A DNA stretch of 64,000 nucleotides from the NCBI GenBank assembly GCA_964187785.1, contig OZ076409.1:41914001-41978000 (forward strand), read 5' to 3'. Origin of the DNA: Amphiscolops sp. MND2022 (taxonomy: Eukaryota). The notes beneath the pieces are model-generated. The model was not told the DNA's origin and made no database searches. It saw nothing but the letters and a program-made list of their open reading frames with translations. Positions within the stretch are counted from its first letter, which is position 1, and the number at the start of each line of letters is the position of its first letter. This document shows positions 25,801 to 40,577 of the stretch, one piece after another. The position numbers and the translations under genes are program-made.

Positions 25801-28800
25801 ATCCAAGACAAACATAGCACCCAATAACATCGAAGTACCATATATACAAGTCACCGGACTCAACGGGGAGAAACTATACACATCAAAAACAATTTGAGAA
25901 ATCACGACAAACTACACCACTAGAAAACAAAGCAAAAAGACAGTTCTGTTTTGCAAAAAATAACATAGCAAGATTCGCTTATAACTTTCAACAGAAAATT
26001 TTTACAAGAACTCAACAATTACACAAGAACAAAATCCAAGACAAACATAGCACCCAATAACATCGAAGTACCATATATACAAGTCACCGGACTCAACGGG
26101 GAGAAACTATACACATCAAAAACAATTTGAGAAATCACGACAAACTACACCACTAGAAAACAAAGCAAAAAGACAGTTCTGCACGGAGCCGGATACAATC
26201 ATAGTCGACAGATTGAAACATCTATCAAAAAAACTCCACAGCACAAAAAACTATCACAGACGTCTAAAAAAATATTTGGTAAACTAGAAAAGCTAAAAAA
26301 TAAATCAGAAACAAACTTAAACCAAATACTTTTATGCATTCCTTCGTTACAATGCGTGTGTATGTGGTGCGTATGATATAAATTCTTTCTATCAGATCAA
26401 TTTTTTTTTGCTCAAAGAATAACGTAGCAAGACTCGTTTATAAAATTCAACAGAAAACTTTTACAAGAACTCAACAGTTACACAAGGACAAAAACCAAGA
26501 CAAACATAGCAACCAATAACATCGAAGTACCATTTATACAAGACACCGGACTCGACGTGGAGAAACTATACACATCAAAAACAAACTGAGAAATCACGAC
26601 GATATACACCACTATAAAACAAAGCAAAAAAAAGTTCTGCACGGAGGCGGATACAATCATAGTCGACAGAGTGAAACATCTTCAAAAGAACTCCACAGCA
26701 CAGGGAAAATTAGCACAGACGTTTAAAAAATTTACTTGGCAAACAAGAAAAGCTAAAAAAAAAACAAAACAAGAAACAAACTGAAACCGAATACTTTTAT
26801 GCATTCCATCGTTACAATGCGTGTGTATGTGGTGCGTATAATATAAATTCTTTCTATCAGATCAATCTCTTTTTGCTCAAAAAATACCATAGCAAGATTC
26901 GTTTATAACTTTCATCAAAAAACCTTTACAAGAATTCAACAAATACACAAGAACAAAAACCAAGACAAACATATCACCCAATAACATCGAAGTACCAAAT
27001 ATAGAAGTCACCGGACTTGACGGGGAGAAACTATACACATCAGAAACAAACTGAGAAATCACGACGATCTACACCACTATAAAACAAAGCAAAAAGAAAG
27101 TTCTGCACGGAGCCGGATACAATCTAGTTGACAGTGACAACATCTATCAGAAAAACTCCACAGCACAAAAAACTATCACAGACGTTTGAAATTTACTTGA
27201 TAAACCAAAAAAATTTTTAAAAAAAATCAGAAACAAACTGAAACCGAATATTTTTATGCATTCCATTGTTACAACGCGTGTGTATGTGGAGCGTATTATA
27301 CAAATTCTTTCTATCAGATCAATCTCGTTTTGCTCAAAGAAAAGTATAGCAAGATTTGTTTATAACTTTCAACAAAAAACTTTTCAAGACTTCAACAAAC
27401 ACACAAGAACAAAAACCAAGACAAACATATCACCCAATAATATCGAAGTACCATATATACAAGACCCCGGACTCCACGGGGAGAAACTATTCAAATCAAA
27501 AACAAAGTGAGAAATCACGACGATCTGCCCCTTTAGAAAACAAAGCAAAAGGACAGTTCTGCACGTAGCAGAATACAATCAGAGTCAACAGATTGATATA
27601 TTTATCAAAAAAACTCGACAGCACAAAAAACTATTACAGACGTTTGAAAATTTACTTGCCAAACCAAAAAAATTTAAAAAATCAGAAACAAACGGAAAGC
27701 GATTACTTTTATGCATTCCATCGTTACAAGGCTGGTGTATGTGGTGCGTATAAAATAAATTCTTTCTATCTGATCAATCTCGTTTTGCTCATAGAATAAC
27801 ATAGCAAAATTCGTTGATAACATTCAACAGAAAATTTTTACAAGAACTCAACAATTACACGAAATAAAAAACCAAGACAAACATAGCACCCAATAACATC
27901 GAAGTACCATTAATACAAGACTACAAGACACCGGACTCGACGGAGAGAAACTATACACACCAAGAACAAACTGAGAAATCACGACAATCTACACCACTAG
28001 AAAACAAAGCAAAAAGACAGTTCTGCACGTAGCCGGATACAATTAGAGTCGACAGATTCATACATCTATCAAAAGAACTCCACATCACAAAAAAATATCA
28101 CAGACGTTTAAACAATTTACTTGGCAAACCAGAAAAACTAAAAAACAAATCAGAAACAAACTGAAACTGAATACTTTTATGCATTCCATTGTTACAATGC
28201 TGGTGTATGTGGTGCGTATAAAATAAATTGTTTCTATCAGATAAATCTTTTTTTGTTCAAAGAACAACTTAGTAAGGTTCGTTCACAACTTTCAACAGGA
28301 ATCTTTTACAAGAACTCAACAATTACACAAGAACAAAAACCAAGACAAACTCAGCACCCAATAACATCGACGTCCATATGAAGAAGACACCGGACTCGAC
28401 GGGGAGAAACTATATACATCAAAAACAAACTGAGAAATCACGACGATCTACACCACTAGAAAACAAAGCAAAAAGACAGTTCTGCACGGAGCCGGATAAA
28501 ATCAGAGTCGACAGATTGAAACATCTATCAAAAGAACTCCACAGCACAGGGAAAACTAGCACAGACGTTTGAAAAATTTACTTGGCAAACAAGAAAAGCT
28601 AAAAAAAAGAAACCAGAAACAAACTTAAACCAAATACTTGTATGCATTCCATCGTTACAATCCGTTTTTATAAGGTGCGTATAATATAAATTCTTTCTAT
28701 TAGATCAATCTCGTTTTGCTCAAAGAATAGCATAGAAAGACTCGTTTATAACTCTAAACAGAAAACTTTTACAAGAACTCAACAATTACACAGGAACGAA

Positions 28801-31800
28801 AACCAAGATAAACATAGTACTCAATAACATCGAAGTCCAAATAAAGAAGACACCGGGCTCGACGGGGAGAAACTAAACACATCAAAAACAATCTGAGAAA
28901 TCTCACGACAATCTACACCACTAGAAAACAAAGCAAAAAGACAGTTCAGCACGGAGCCGGATACAGTTAGAGTCGACAGATTGAAATATCTATTGAAAGA
29001 ACTCCACAGCACAAAAAACTATCACAGACGTTTAAAAAAATATTTGGTAAACTAGAAAAGCTAAAAAACAAATCAGAAACAAACTTAAACCAAATACTTT
29101 TATGCATTCCTTCGTTTCAATGCGTGTGTATGTGGTGCGTATAATATAAATTCTTTCTATCAGATCAATCTTTTTTTGCTCAAAGAATAACGTAGCAAGA
29201 TTCGTTTATAACATTCAACAGAAAACTTTTACAAGAACTCAACAGTTACACAAGGACAAAAACCAAGACAAACATAGCAACCAATAACATCGAAGTACCA
29301 TTAATACAAGACTACAAGACACCGGACTCGACGGAGAGAAACTATACACACCAAGAACAAACTGAGAAATCACGACAATCTACACCACTAGAAAACAAAG
29401 CAAAAAGACAGTTCTGCACGTAGCCGGATACAATTAGAGTCGACAGATTCATACATCTATCAAAAGAACTCCACATCACAAAAAAAATATCACAGACGTT
29501 TAAACAATTCACTTGGCAAACCAGAAAAACTAAAAAACAAATCAGAAACAAACTGAAACTGAATACTTTTATGCATTCCATCGTTACAATGCTGGTGTAT
29601 GTGGTGCGTATAAAATAGATTGTTTCTATCAGATCAATCTTTTTTTGTTCAAAGAACAACTTAGTAAGGTTCGTTCACATTTTTCAACAGGAATCTTTTA
29701 CAAGAACTCAACAATTACACAAGAACAAAAACCAAGACAAACTCAGCACCCAATAACATCGACGTCCATATGAAGAAGACACCGGTTTCGACGGGGAGAA
29801 ATTATATACATCAAAAACAAACTGAGAAATCACGACGATCTATACCACTAGAAAACAAAGCAAAAAGACAGTTCTGCACGGAGCCGGATAAAATCTGAGT
29901 CGACAGATTGAAACATCTGTCAAAAGAACTCCACAGCACAGGGAAAACTATCACAGACGTTTAAAAAATTTACTTGGCAAACAAGAAAATCTAAAAAAAT
30001 AAACCAGAAACAAACTGAAACCGAATACTTTTACGCATTCCATCGTTACAATCCGTGTTTATAAGGTGCGTATAATATAAATTTTTTCTATTAGATCAGT
30101 CTCGTTTTGCTCAAAGAATAGCATAGAAAGATTCGTTTATAACTCTAAACAGAAAACTTTTACAAGAACTCAACAATTACACAGGAACGAAAACCAAGTT
30201 AAACATAGTACGCAATAACATCGAAGTCCAAATAAAGAAGACACCGGGCTCGACGGGGAGAAACTAAACACATCGAAAACAATCTGAGAAATCACGACGA
30301 TCTACACCACTAGAAAACAAAGCAAAAAGACAGTTCTGCACGTAGCCGGATACAATTAGAGTCGACAGATTCAAACATCTATCAAAAGAACTCCACATCA
30401 CAGAAAAACAATCACAGACGTTTAAACAATTCACTTGGCAAACCAGAAAAACTAAAAATCAAATCAGAAACAAACTGAAACTGAATACTTTTATGCATTC
30501 CATCGTTACAATGCTGGTGTATGTGGTGCGTATAAAATAAATTGTTTCTATCAGATCGATTTTTTTTGTTCAAAGAACAACTTAGTAAGGTTGGTTCACA
30601 ACTTTCATCAGGAATCTTTTACAAGAACTCAACAATTACACAAGAACAAAAACCAAGACAAACTCAGCACCCAATAACATCGACGTCCATATGAAGAAGA
30701 CACCGGTTTCGACGGGGAGAAACTATATACATCAAAAACAAACTGAGAAATCACGACGATCTATACCACTAGAAAACAAAGCAAAAAGACAGTTCTGCAC
30801 GGAGCCGGATAAAATCTGAGTCGACAGATTGAAACATCTATCAAAAGAACTCCACAGCACAGGGAAAACTATCAGACGTTTAAAAAATTTACTTGGCAAA
30901 CAAGAAAAGCTAAAAAAATAAACCAGAAACAAACTGAAACCGAATACTTTTACGCATTCCATCGTTACAATCCGTGTTTATAAGGTGCGTATAATATAAA
31001 TTTTTTCTATTAGATCAGTCTCGTTTTGCTCAAAGAATAGCATAGAAAGATTCGTTTATAACTCTAAACAGAAAACTTTTACAAGAACTCAACAATTACA
31101 CAGGAACGAAAACCAAGTTAAACATAGTACGCAATAACATCGAAGTCCAAATAAAGAAGACACCGGGCTCGACGGGGAGAAACTAAACACATCGAAAACA
31201 ATCTGAGAAATCACGACGATCTACACCACTAGAAAACAAAGCAAAAAGACAGTTCTGCACGTAGCCGGATACAATTAGAGTCGACAGATTCAAACATCTA
31301 TCAAAAGAACTCCACATCACAGAAAAACAATCACAGACGTTTAAACAATTCACTTGGCAAACCAGAAAAACTAAAAATCAAATCAGAAACAAACTGAAAC
31401 TGAATACTTTTATGCATTCCATCGTTACAATGCTGGTGTATGTGGTGCGTATAAAATAAATTGTTTCTATCAGATCGATTTTTTTTGTTCAAAGAACAAC
31501 TTAGTAAGGTTCGTTCACAACTTTCATCAGGAATCTTTTACAAGAACTCAACAATTACACAAGAACAAAAACCAAGACAAACTCAGCACCCAATAACATC
31601 GACGTCCATATGAAGAAGACACCGGTTTCGACGGGGAGAAACTATATACATCAAAAACAAACTGAGAAATCACGACGATCTATACCACTAGAAAACAAAG
31701 CAAAAAGACAGTTCTGCACGGAGCCGGATAAAATCTGAGTCGACAGATTGAAACATCTATCAAAAGAACTCCACAGCACAGGGAAAACTATCACAGACGT

Positions 31801-33220
31801 TTAAAAAATTTACTTGGCAAACAAGAAAAGCTAAAAAAATAAACCAGAAACAAACTGAAACCGAATACTTTTATGCATTCCATCGTTACAATCCGTGTTT
31901 ATAAGGTGCGTATAATATAAATTTTTCCTATTAGATCAATCTCGTTTTGCTCAAAGAATAGCATAGAAAGATTCGTTTATAACTCTAAACAGAAAACTTT
32001 TACAAGAACTCAACAATTACACAGGAACGAAAACCAAGTTAAACATAGTACTCAATAACATCGAAGTCCAAATAAAGAAGACACCGGGCTCGACGGGGAG
32101 AAACTAAACACATCGAAAACAATCTGAGAAATCACGACGATCTACACCACTAGAAAACAAAGCAAAAAGACAGTTCTGCACGGAGCCGGATACAGTTAGA
32201 GTCGACAGATTGAAATATCTATTGAAAGAACTCCACAGCACAAAAAAAACTATCACAGACGTTTAAAAAAAAATTTGGTAAACTAGAAAAGCTAAAAAAT
32301 AAATCAGAAACAAACTGAAACCAAATACTTTTATGCATTCCTTCGTTACAATGCGTGTGTATGTGGTGCGTATAATATAAATTCTTTCTATCAGATCAAT
32401 CTTTTTTTGCTCAAAGAATAACGTAGCAAGATTCGTTTATAACATTCAACAGAAAACATTTACAAGAACTCAACAGTTACACAAGGACAAAAACCAAGAC
32501 AAACATAGCAACCAATAACATCGAAGTACCATTTATACAAGACACCGGACTCGACGTGGAGAAACTATACACATCAAAAACAAACTGAGAAATCACGACG
32601 ATCTACACCACTAGAAAACAAAGCAAAAAGACAGTTCTGCACGGAGCCGGATACAATCAGAGTCGACAGATTGAAACATCTATCAAAAAACTCCACAGCA
32701 CAAAAAAACTATCACAGACGTGTAAAAAGTTTTCTTGGCAAACCAAAAAAGCTAAAAAATAAATCAGAAACAAACTGAACCCGAATACTTTTATGCATTC
32801 CTTCGTTACAATGCGTGTGTTTGTGGTGCGTATAATTTAAATTCTTTCTATCAGATCAACCTCTTTTTGCTCAAAGAATAAAATAGCAAGATTCGTTTAT
32901 GACTTTCAACAGACAACTTTTACAAAACTCAACAATTACACAAGAACAAAAACCAAGACAAACATAGCAACCAATAACATCGAAGTACCATTTATACAAG
33001 ACACCGGACTCGACGGGGAGAAACTATACACATCGAAAACGAACTGAGAAATCACAACAATGTACACCACTAGAAAAGAAAGCGAAAAGACAGTTCTGCA
33101 CGGAGTCGGATACAATGAGAGTCGACAGGTTGATACATCTATCAAAAGAACTCCACAGCACAAAACAACTATCACAGACGTTTAAAAAATTTACTTGGGA
33201 AACCAGAAAAGCTACAAAAT
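22843..33220 (+). repeat. 10.4-kb tandem array (satellite) of about 21 monomers of ~460 bp, three carrying an internal ~232-bp duplication; higher-order structure; Gypsy-gag-derived
   Basis: Marker TTTTATGCATTCC recurs about every 456-469 bp (about 692 bp for the three long variants); strongly A/C-rich + strand; monomer encodes RQFCTEPDxIxVDRLKHLSKEL, similar to Gypsy gag at 61350. Confidence 0.97.
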
Positions 33221-34000
33221 ACCCGAATGAAAACAAATCAATAAACAAAACAAATACAAGACAAGAAAGACGAAAACTGCAGATTGTGCGGTAAAACAAC
33301 GATACTAATGCTAAAAATGAATTTTTCTGCAGAACCAGACCACCAGCGAGATTTAGTGAAAACCATAACCTGAGGATGACATAGAATTTTAAAAGAGTAT
33401 AAACGGTTTGTTTGAATGACGAACTAACAAAGCAACCTTGCATTGCACACTATCCTGGAGAGAAAAGTTGCACCCGAGTTTTGACCGATAACATCAACGC
33501 CTATCCAACCAAAATCGTGGTAACACAATGCCAACAGCAAACTAACGGAGACCTAAAATTGGTCGCATTTGCTGGCAGATTCCTTAATGAAGCAGAGAAA
33601 AATCGGAGATTTAGAGTTTTTGGTGGTCGTCTAGTGTATCAAAAGCTCTAATTTCGGTTCCACTGCAAACAAGTGAATTTATATTCCGACCAACAAACTT
33701 TCAAACTACTACTAAAAACAAGCTGGAAATGATTAATATAGCGCAAGCCTGCACGGTGTTGGGACAGATTGATCCAATTCATCACATGATTGAACACTGC
33801 AGCCAGAAAGCCGATTGAAAAGCCAATTCACTTACTTTTCAAGCAGAAACCTGACGTATGAAGCTGTTCAGGAGCAGAAACTTGGAAAACAATTGCAGTT
33901 GCAAATCTAATCAGCACAACAACAAACAATGTTGATACACACTGGCAAAAAAGCACGACTGCTACGTGCACACAATTCAACGGTTAAAATTACGCACGGT
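33221..34000 (+). pseudogene. Highly decayed Gypsy gag/pol remnant continuing from the satellite
   Basis: KKDENCRLCGK zinc-knuckle remnant (~33263-33295), then RNase H-like LTKQPCIAHY..LKLVAFAGRFLNEAEK (ORF 33412-33651). Confidence 0.7.
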
Positions 34001-34668
34001 CGTTTCATATTATTCGCATGCGAGTTGAGTTATACACACGGAAAAAGTTTTTAAATTATCTTACAAATGATAATACCGCTGAATTTACCACGAGAAGCAA
34101 CAAAATATATTAACGGGAAAAATCACAAAAAATGAAAAAATCACAATTTCTCGATAAATACGGCACATTTGAATGCACTGGGGTGCCATTCAGAGGACTG
34201 TGAGATTAATCAAATCCCTTAAAGAGTCACATTTAAGCAGAGCTATGTTGAACATGCGGCGAAATCAAACTTGGCTAGACGCGGACACACTTCAAGAAGT
34301 CCTCAAGTCGGGAATTACCCGTACCAAGCAGACTAAAAAATGACCGATAAAATGAAACAAATCGATGTCAACTTGAAATTGAGAATTTGTGACGTACGTC
34401 GCTTAACTACGTGAAGACATCACAATTTTTCTGGGGCAGTACTTGTCGGTACACCAAAATCGATAAAATCCGACAAAACGGTGTTTTCATTCCAGAGATT
34501 GTTCATTTTACATCGTGTTGCTAACAAATTATCAAAATCAACTATGGGACGATCATTCGCGTGAGCAATTTATCTGAACATAATTCAGTATGAAGGCCAA
34601 TAGTTGTTTACCAAAAACTTTATTTGACCCAAAGACTTTGATGCTTTCCATCCTCATATATATAAGGA

Positions 34669-35181
34669 ACAAGCCGGGAACGGCCCAAGTCGGCGCCATA
34701 TCGAAGGCTCAAAATTAGCAAAAGGACTTTAATGTGTCAAGTATTCTCTTCTACAGTACCCGCGTGAGGAAAAAAAAATTGAATTTTTTTCCATTTTTTT
34801 TTCGATTTTTTTCGAATTTTTTTTCGAAACTTTTTTGGTCTCCGGTAAGTCGCATAGTGCCAAAAAATGTAAAAGGGGGCCTTTGGGAGTTTTTGAACAT
34901 CCATTCTTTTGCAAAATAGGAAAAAAAGAGGGCCCGTTGAAGACAATTAAAAAATTTGCGAAAAAAGTCGAAAAAACCTGCACAAAAAATTTTTGGGCGG
35001 GACTCGAACACACGTCCTTCTGCTTGGCAGACAACAAAAACTTTCCTAATTAACCTCTATGCTATGCGGCAGTGGAAGTTTTAAGTGTGGCAGTTATTGG
35101 ACGCAGCTTCTAAAGCTTATGAAATTGGTCACTTCGTTGGTCTTAAAAAAGCGAAAACTAATAAGCGAAAAGCGCCGACTA
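34669..35181 (-). mobile_element. HINE-like element, copy of 12010-12530
   Basis: ACAAGCCGGGAACGGCCCAAGTCGGCGCC head and AAAAGCGCCGACTA end; the body aligns with 12010-12530. Confidence 0.78.
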
Positions 35182-35459
35182 GAAACCCAACAAAAATAGG
35201 CTGAAATGGCTGCTTCAATGAAGACCGATTTTTGGATCTGTCGGACCTACTACTAGTCTCCTGTAGTGTAAATATTACGAAAAGGATTTTTACGTTGGAC
35301 TCAACTACGAGTTATAGTAAAATTGATTTCAATTAGCTTGCAAAAGTTGTCGGTGTCCCCGTGTGAAATGTCAAATGAATATTTTGATTTGTGGTTCCTT
35401 TACAATCGGCTTAAGGTTGAAATGTTGTATGATCTCAGGATAACAATCAAGATATACTA

Positions 35460-36021
35460 TGTTGAGGAAAAGAACGTGTCAAATTTCTGGAGCTATAAAA
35501 CTTAAACTTTGTTAATTATAAAAGCTCAAAATCGAGAAGAAACAAACTAACCTGATATGTCAGCAAACTTCAAGTTGTTCGAGCAATGAATTAAATGATG
35601 GTGCTAGCTGAATCTGATTATTTGTTGATGTTTAACCTTTCAAGTTCCACCTGTGGAAAGTATCGTAAATATCAAACATCTGACTCCCAACTATGATCTC
35701 AAAATTGGAAAATGAAACGATTCTGAAGTTCATGATTGTTGCATTGAAGTATCACAATTTTCATGATGGTGTGATGGAAAATTCCTTCCAGAATATTCAA
35801 TTGTAAAAGTCAAGGAAATGCTCATCCGCCTTTTTCCAAAGTCTCCGACTTTTAACAAATGTCATGTTTATTTTTTGGCGTTTAAATACCCAGTGCTTCC
35901 CACAATTTTTCACAGTGCTCAACCACTGAAAATGCGTTCCAAGCTAATTTTAAAATTTACTCTTTTCTAATTGTCTTTCTAAACAAAAGTCTTCACTGCT
36001 CAGCCAAGTCCTAGCTTAATA
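35460..36021 (+). repeat. Copia 5' LTR
   Basis: Aligns with 40578-41139 and 44032-44585; directly followed by the PBS. Confidence 0.88.
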
Positions 36022-39000
36022 GGTTATGGGGCCCAGTGAAAGACAATTAAGATAAACAGTTTCTTTTTCTTTGCGCTTGTTGTCGTGAAGATCTCTGGTT
36101 TGAGGAAACCGCAACTATTCTCAGTGTGATTGCATATGATAAATAGTTCCTAGTAGGGTGCGGGAATTCATTAGAACACACTTCACTTGAACGGACCTTC
36201 GTGAGCAAGACTGTCTCATGGCGGCAGGCTAATAAGCTGAAGTTAAATACTGTGTCCTTCAGTGAAGTTTAAAGTACACCAGGCGTTTCAAAAGTCAAAA
36301 TGGAAGGCTCAAATTTAAATCTCAAATGGCTCTGCTTCTCTGGCCTGACTCAGGACTACGCAACCTGGTGTGCTAGAATTCAAGTCTTTGCTCAAACGAA
36401 AGGCCTATTCGACACGCTCACTAGCGATGATCGACCACCAACCCAACCCGCGCAGCTTGGGAACGACTCAACTAATGAAGCCCGCGCTGCTCACGATGCA
36501 GCTCCGCTCCAGAAGTTCATATACGTGCTCTTGATGACATCGAGAACTCTAAAAACACAATGTGGTGTTACCTTGCGATGGTTCTCGATTCAACAAGCCT
36601 GATGTTGATCAGGCATGATTGTGTTGACTGCAATGGCCTCGTTGATGGTCAAAGGCATGGGGGCTTCTGCAAGAAAGGTTCCGAAGCAATGAAACAGTGA
36701 CTGTAGTCAGTGTGTTTAGGCAACTCGCTCGTTTGACGCTGAGAGAAGACGAGGCACTCCACAATCCTTTTATAAGAACCCAAGAGCTCTCAACTCGCAT
36801 GGAACAAGAAGCGGAACATCTATCGGAGCTACTGCTCGATTCAAGGGTACTCAGTGGCTTACCTGAGCGCTATGAGCACTTCATTGCGCACGAGAGCCTC
36901 AATCCTGCTGGTAGCTTCGTGGAGGTTCGAACACGGACGACCAACTACGGAGTGAGTTGTCTACACCGCGAATCTGTGGATGATGTGGATTCACATGTGG
37001 CGATGACGTCCAAAAAGGCCAGGCCTACGCACAAGCCAAGTAAATATAACGCAGCGCCTGAGTCAAGTTCTCGACAGCTAACATGCTACTGTTGCGGCAT
37101 GAAAGGCCACATGAAAGCAGAGTGTTATAAGAGAGAAGCTGAATGTACTTTTTTAAGCAAAACGGCCAATTTGAAAAACAAAAACGAGCTCAAAGGAGGC
37201 AAGCACGGAAGTTAAGCATCAAGTCTCAAGTTAAAAGAATCAAGCGAGGCAACAGTTGAAGACTTAGTAGTGGACTCATGAAGTACAGACCATGTAATAT
37301 TGAACAAAAACTGGTTCAAAAACTTGAAAGAAGTAGATACTACAGACACCAATCCTGAAGGGGTAACACAAAAGTCCTAGGAATAAGAGAAGTCGAGGTC
37401 CGAGCTCGAAACGTAAAACGAAAGATAAACCTTCAGTCTTTTGAAAAACCTTAGATGTGCCAGGATCCTGAACTAACTTGATCTCGGTATCCAGTATTGT
37501 AGACAATAGACACAACGTAGTTCATGACGCGAAAAACAGTTTCCTTTGCCTCAAAAGGAAAGGGAAATTCCTCATCAAAAGAAAAGGAAATCTTCTTCCT
37601 AAGTATGATCCCGAAGCAAGAAAACTTATTGTTAATTTGAGTGGGGGGTCAAACGAAGTACAACTATGGCACTAAGTTTCGGACATGTAAATTACAAAGA
37701 CCTGTAAAACTCTCTGTTGAAAAACCTGATAGAGGTAGATGCAAAATGCGAACCTTGCTGCTCAGCCAAAATAACCAAAACGCCTGTCCCAAAACAAAAA
37801 GACAATAAAGCCTCAAAACCTGGTGAAAGGGTTTGCAGCGATGTTGTTGGACCTATCACTCCATCAAGTAAAGGTGGGATTAGATACTTCGTCACGTTCA
37901 TTGGCGAATACAGTTCGCATTTTTTTGTGAAGTTCATGCGTCACAAAAATCAAGTTCTGCAAAAGTTCAAAGAGTACTTTGCTGAATGCGGTACGCAACG
38001 TTTACACCGGTCTAACAATGGAACCGAAAATAGTAACAAAAATATCACGAACTTTTGTACCAACATTAAAATCAAACGAGAATCAAACGGAACCCCGGAA
38101 CAAACTGGTGTCGCAGAGCGATACAATCAAACTGTTGTAGAGACCGATCGAAGTTTCTAATCGAATCAATACTTCCAAAATGCTACTGGCTCAGAGCTGT
38201 AGACACTGCAGCTTATGTAAGGAACCGGACCAAAAAAGACAAAGGAGAGAAGACTCCTTTCGAAAAACTTTGGGCAGAAAACCCAAACAGATCACTTGAA
38301 AGTTTTCGGTTGTCTAGCATACGTAAAAAATAGAAAGCGTCAAAATTTCACCCGGATGCACGGAAACTTGTTTTCCTTGGCCACAATGGCACCTGTACGG
38401 CCCACCTGTTGCAAGACTTTGAAACTAGAAAATTGAGACGAGCTCGCAACGTCGTGTTCATTGAAAACAGAGTAGTTGGATTCACCAACGAAACAAGAGA
38501 AGACGAAAATGATAATCTTCTCTTCGAGGTAACTTTCGACGATGAACTTGAGCAAAGCTTAATGAACTTAACACAAGTAAATAACAAGGGTCCTGAAGTT
38601 GAAGTGAAAGTTGAAAACGCCACCGATGAAAAATTTCATCGAGTAGCGAATTTGAAAATTATGTTGACACGACTACTACAAGAATTCCTAACTCAGAAGT
38701 TTATGTTCAGGTTGTAACGCCCAGTAGGTCAGATCAAGTATTCCCTGCAAGACCGTCAAGAATTGCTTTCCTACTGGAACGCTTCAAAGATCAAGTGATA
38801 TTCGGCAATTTCCTCAGGTCGTAAAACCAAAAATTAAAGAACCCAGTACATTGAAACTAACTAGACAATACTTGAAAATTGCTATCAGAGCGAAATTGTG
38901 TTAGATGAGAGACTGGACAAATACTATGAGATGAAAGATGCAAGAAGAGAAGCTAATGAGCTAAAGCGAGAGGAGAAGTCACGAAATCCTCCTCAAAGGT

Positions 39001-40577
39001 ATGGCCAAAGTTACAGCCATGACTCAACGTTATTTCCGAAAGAACCTGGAACCTACAATCAAGCAATAAGTTCTTGTGAAAGAGAGAATTGGCCGCAAGC
39101 AATGCAGGATGAGTTCAAGTCTTTGAACGAAACTAACACATGGACGTTAGTTGAGCCTCCAAAGAACAAAAATATAATCCCGTGAAAATTTGTTCTCAAA
39201 GTCAAAAGTAAAGCCGACGGAGACTTGAAAAAAACAAGGCGCGTTATGTAGCCGAAGGTTTTAAGCAAATTCAATGTTTAGACTATTCAGAAACAGTTGC
39301 TCCAACGAGCAAACAAGAAGTTTTTCGGATCATTCTTTCGTTAGCAGCGAAACAAGACTTTACGCTAAAGCAAATGGATGTTAAGTCAGCCTCCTTACAT
39401 CCAAAAATCGAAGAAGATATATACCTCGAGCCAGCCACTGGCTTTGAGGAAACAGGTAGCTCTGGAAACAAGCTTGTCTGTAAATTGAACAAATCAATCT
39501 ACGGACTGAAGCAGGCCGCTAAAAATTGGTATGAGGAGTTAGTGAACTGCCTTATACAGCAAAGTTTTTGCCGTAGCAAAAATGACTACTGTCTTTTATT
39601 AAAAAAACAAGACAAAAGAAAGTTGTACGTTCTAAGTTGGGTAGATAATTCAGTAATAGCAGGTAGCAACGATGAGGACGTAGAGGATGTAAAGAAATCT
39701 CTTGAAAAAAAATTCAAGATGAACAAACTTGAAAGGTTCTTAGGCATGCAAATAAGTTAAAGAAGAGACAAAATACGTGACCAGGGAACATATATTGAGA
39801 GCGCCATAGAGAAATTTAGCATGCAAAACCGCAATCCTTCGAAAATCCTGAGAACAATATGAGATTATTTAAGGCAACTGAGATTGAAATATTGGTCGAT
39901 GAGAGACTATACGGAAGTTTGGTAGGGTCCTTACTTTACATAGCCAAGCAAACAAGGCCAGATATAGTATGGATTGTCAATGTGGTCTCTCGCTTTATGG
40001 ACAAACGGACTAACACTCACTGGCTGACTGGTAAACGTGTCCTCCGCTATCTTCAAGCCACGAAGTCACTCAAAGTGGTCTACTCATGAGACAGTGACTT
40101 CATTCCATGATGAAAAACAGTCGACCACTGGCTACTTCTTCAAGCTTGGATTAGTTGGGGGAGCAGTAAAATGGCATTTCAAGAAGCAGCAGACAGTGAC
40201 ACTCTCATCATGCGAAGCCGAATATCAAGGTCTAGCTGATGCAGTGCAAGAAGCAACCGTCTCGCAATCACGCTTGCGTGAAATGGGTTATGAACAATCC
40301 CAGCCAACTATTATTAGGGAAGACAATCAGAGTTGCATCAAGCTGACAACTAACCCTGTCATGCACAAGCGATCAAAACAAATTAACACGAAGTTTCACT
40401 TCATACGGGAGAAAATTGATGACAATTCAATTCAACTAGTCTATACGCCAACTGATCAACTGGCAGCAGATCTGTTGACAAAGGCACTACCACAAGTGAA
40501 AGTGGAGCAACATCGAAAGCAATTTTTGGGTTGAATGCAAATTGTTCTTACGACATCCTGAACAATCTGAGTGGGGG

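Noticed and set aside
22843..33220. Array as a CRISPR array or a repeat-protein gene
   Set aside because: Monomers are ~460 bp and similar along their whole length with no unique spacers; reading frames are short and broken by stops and frameshifts; no cas genes; eukaryotic context.
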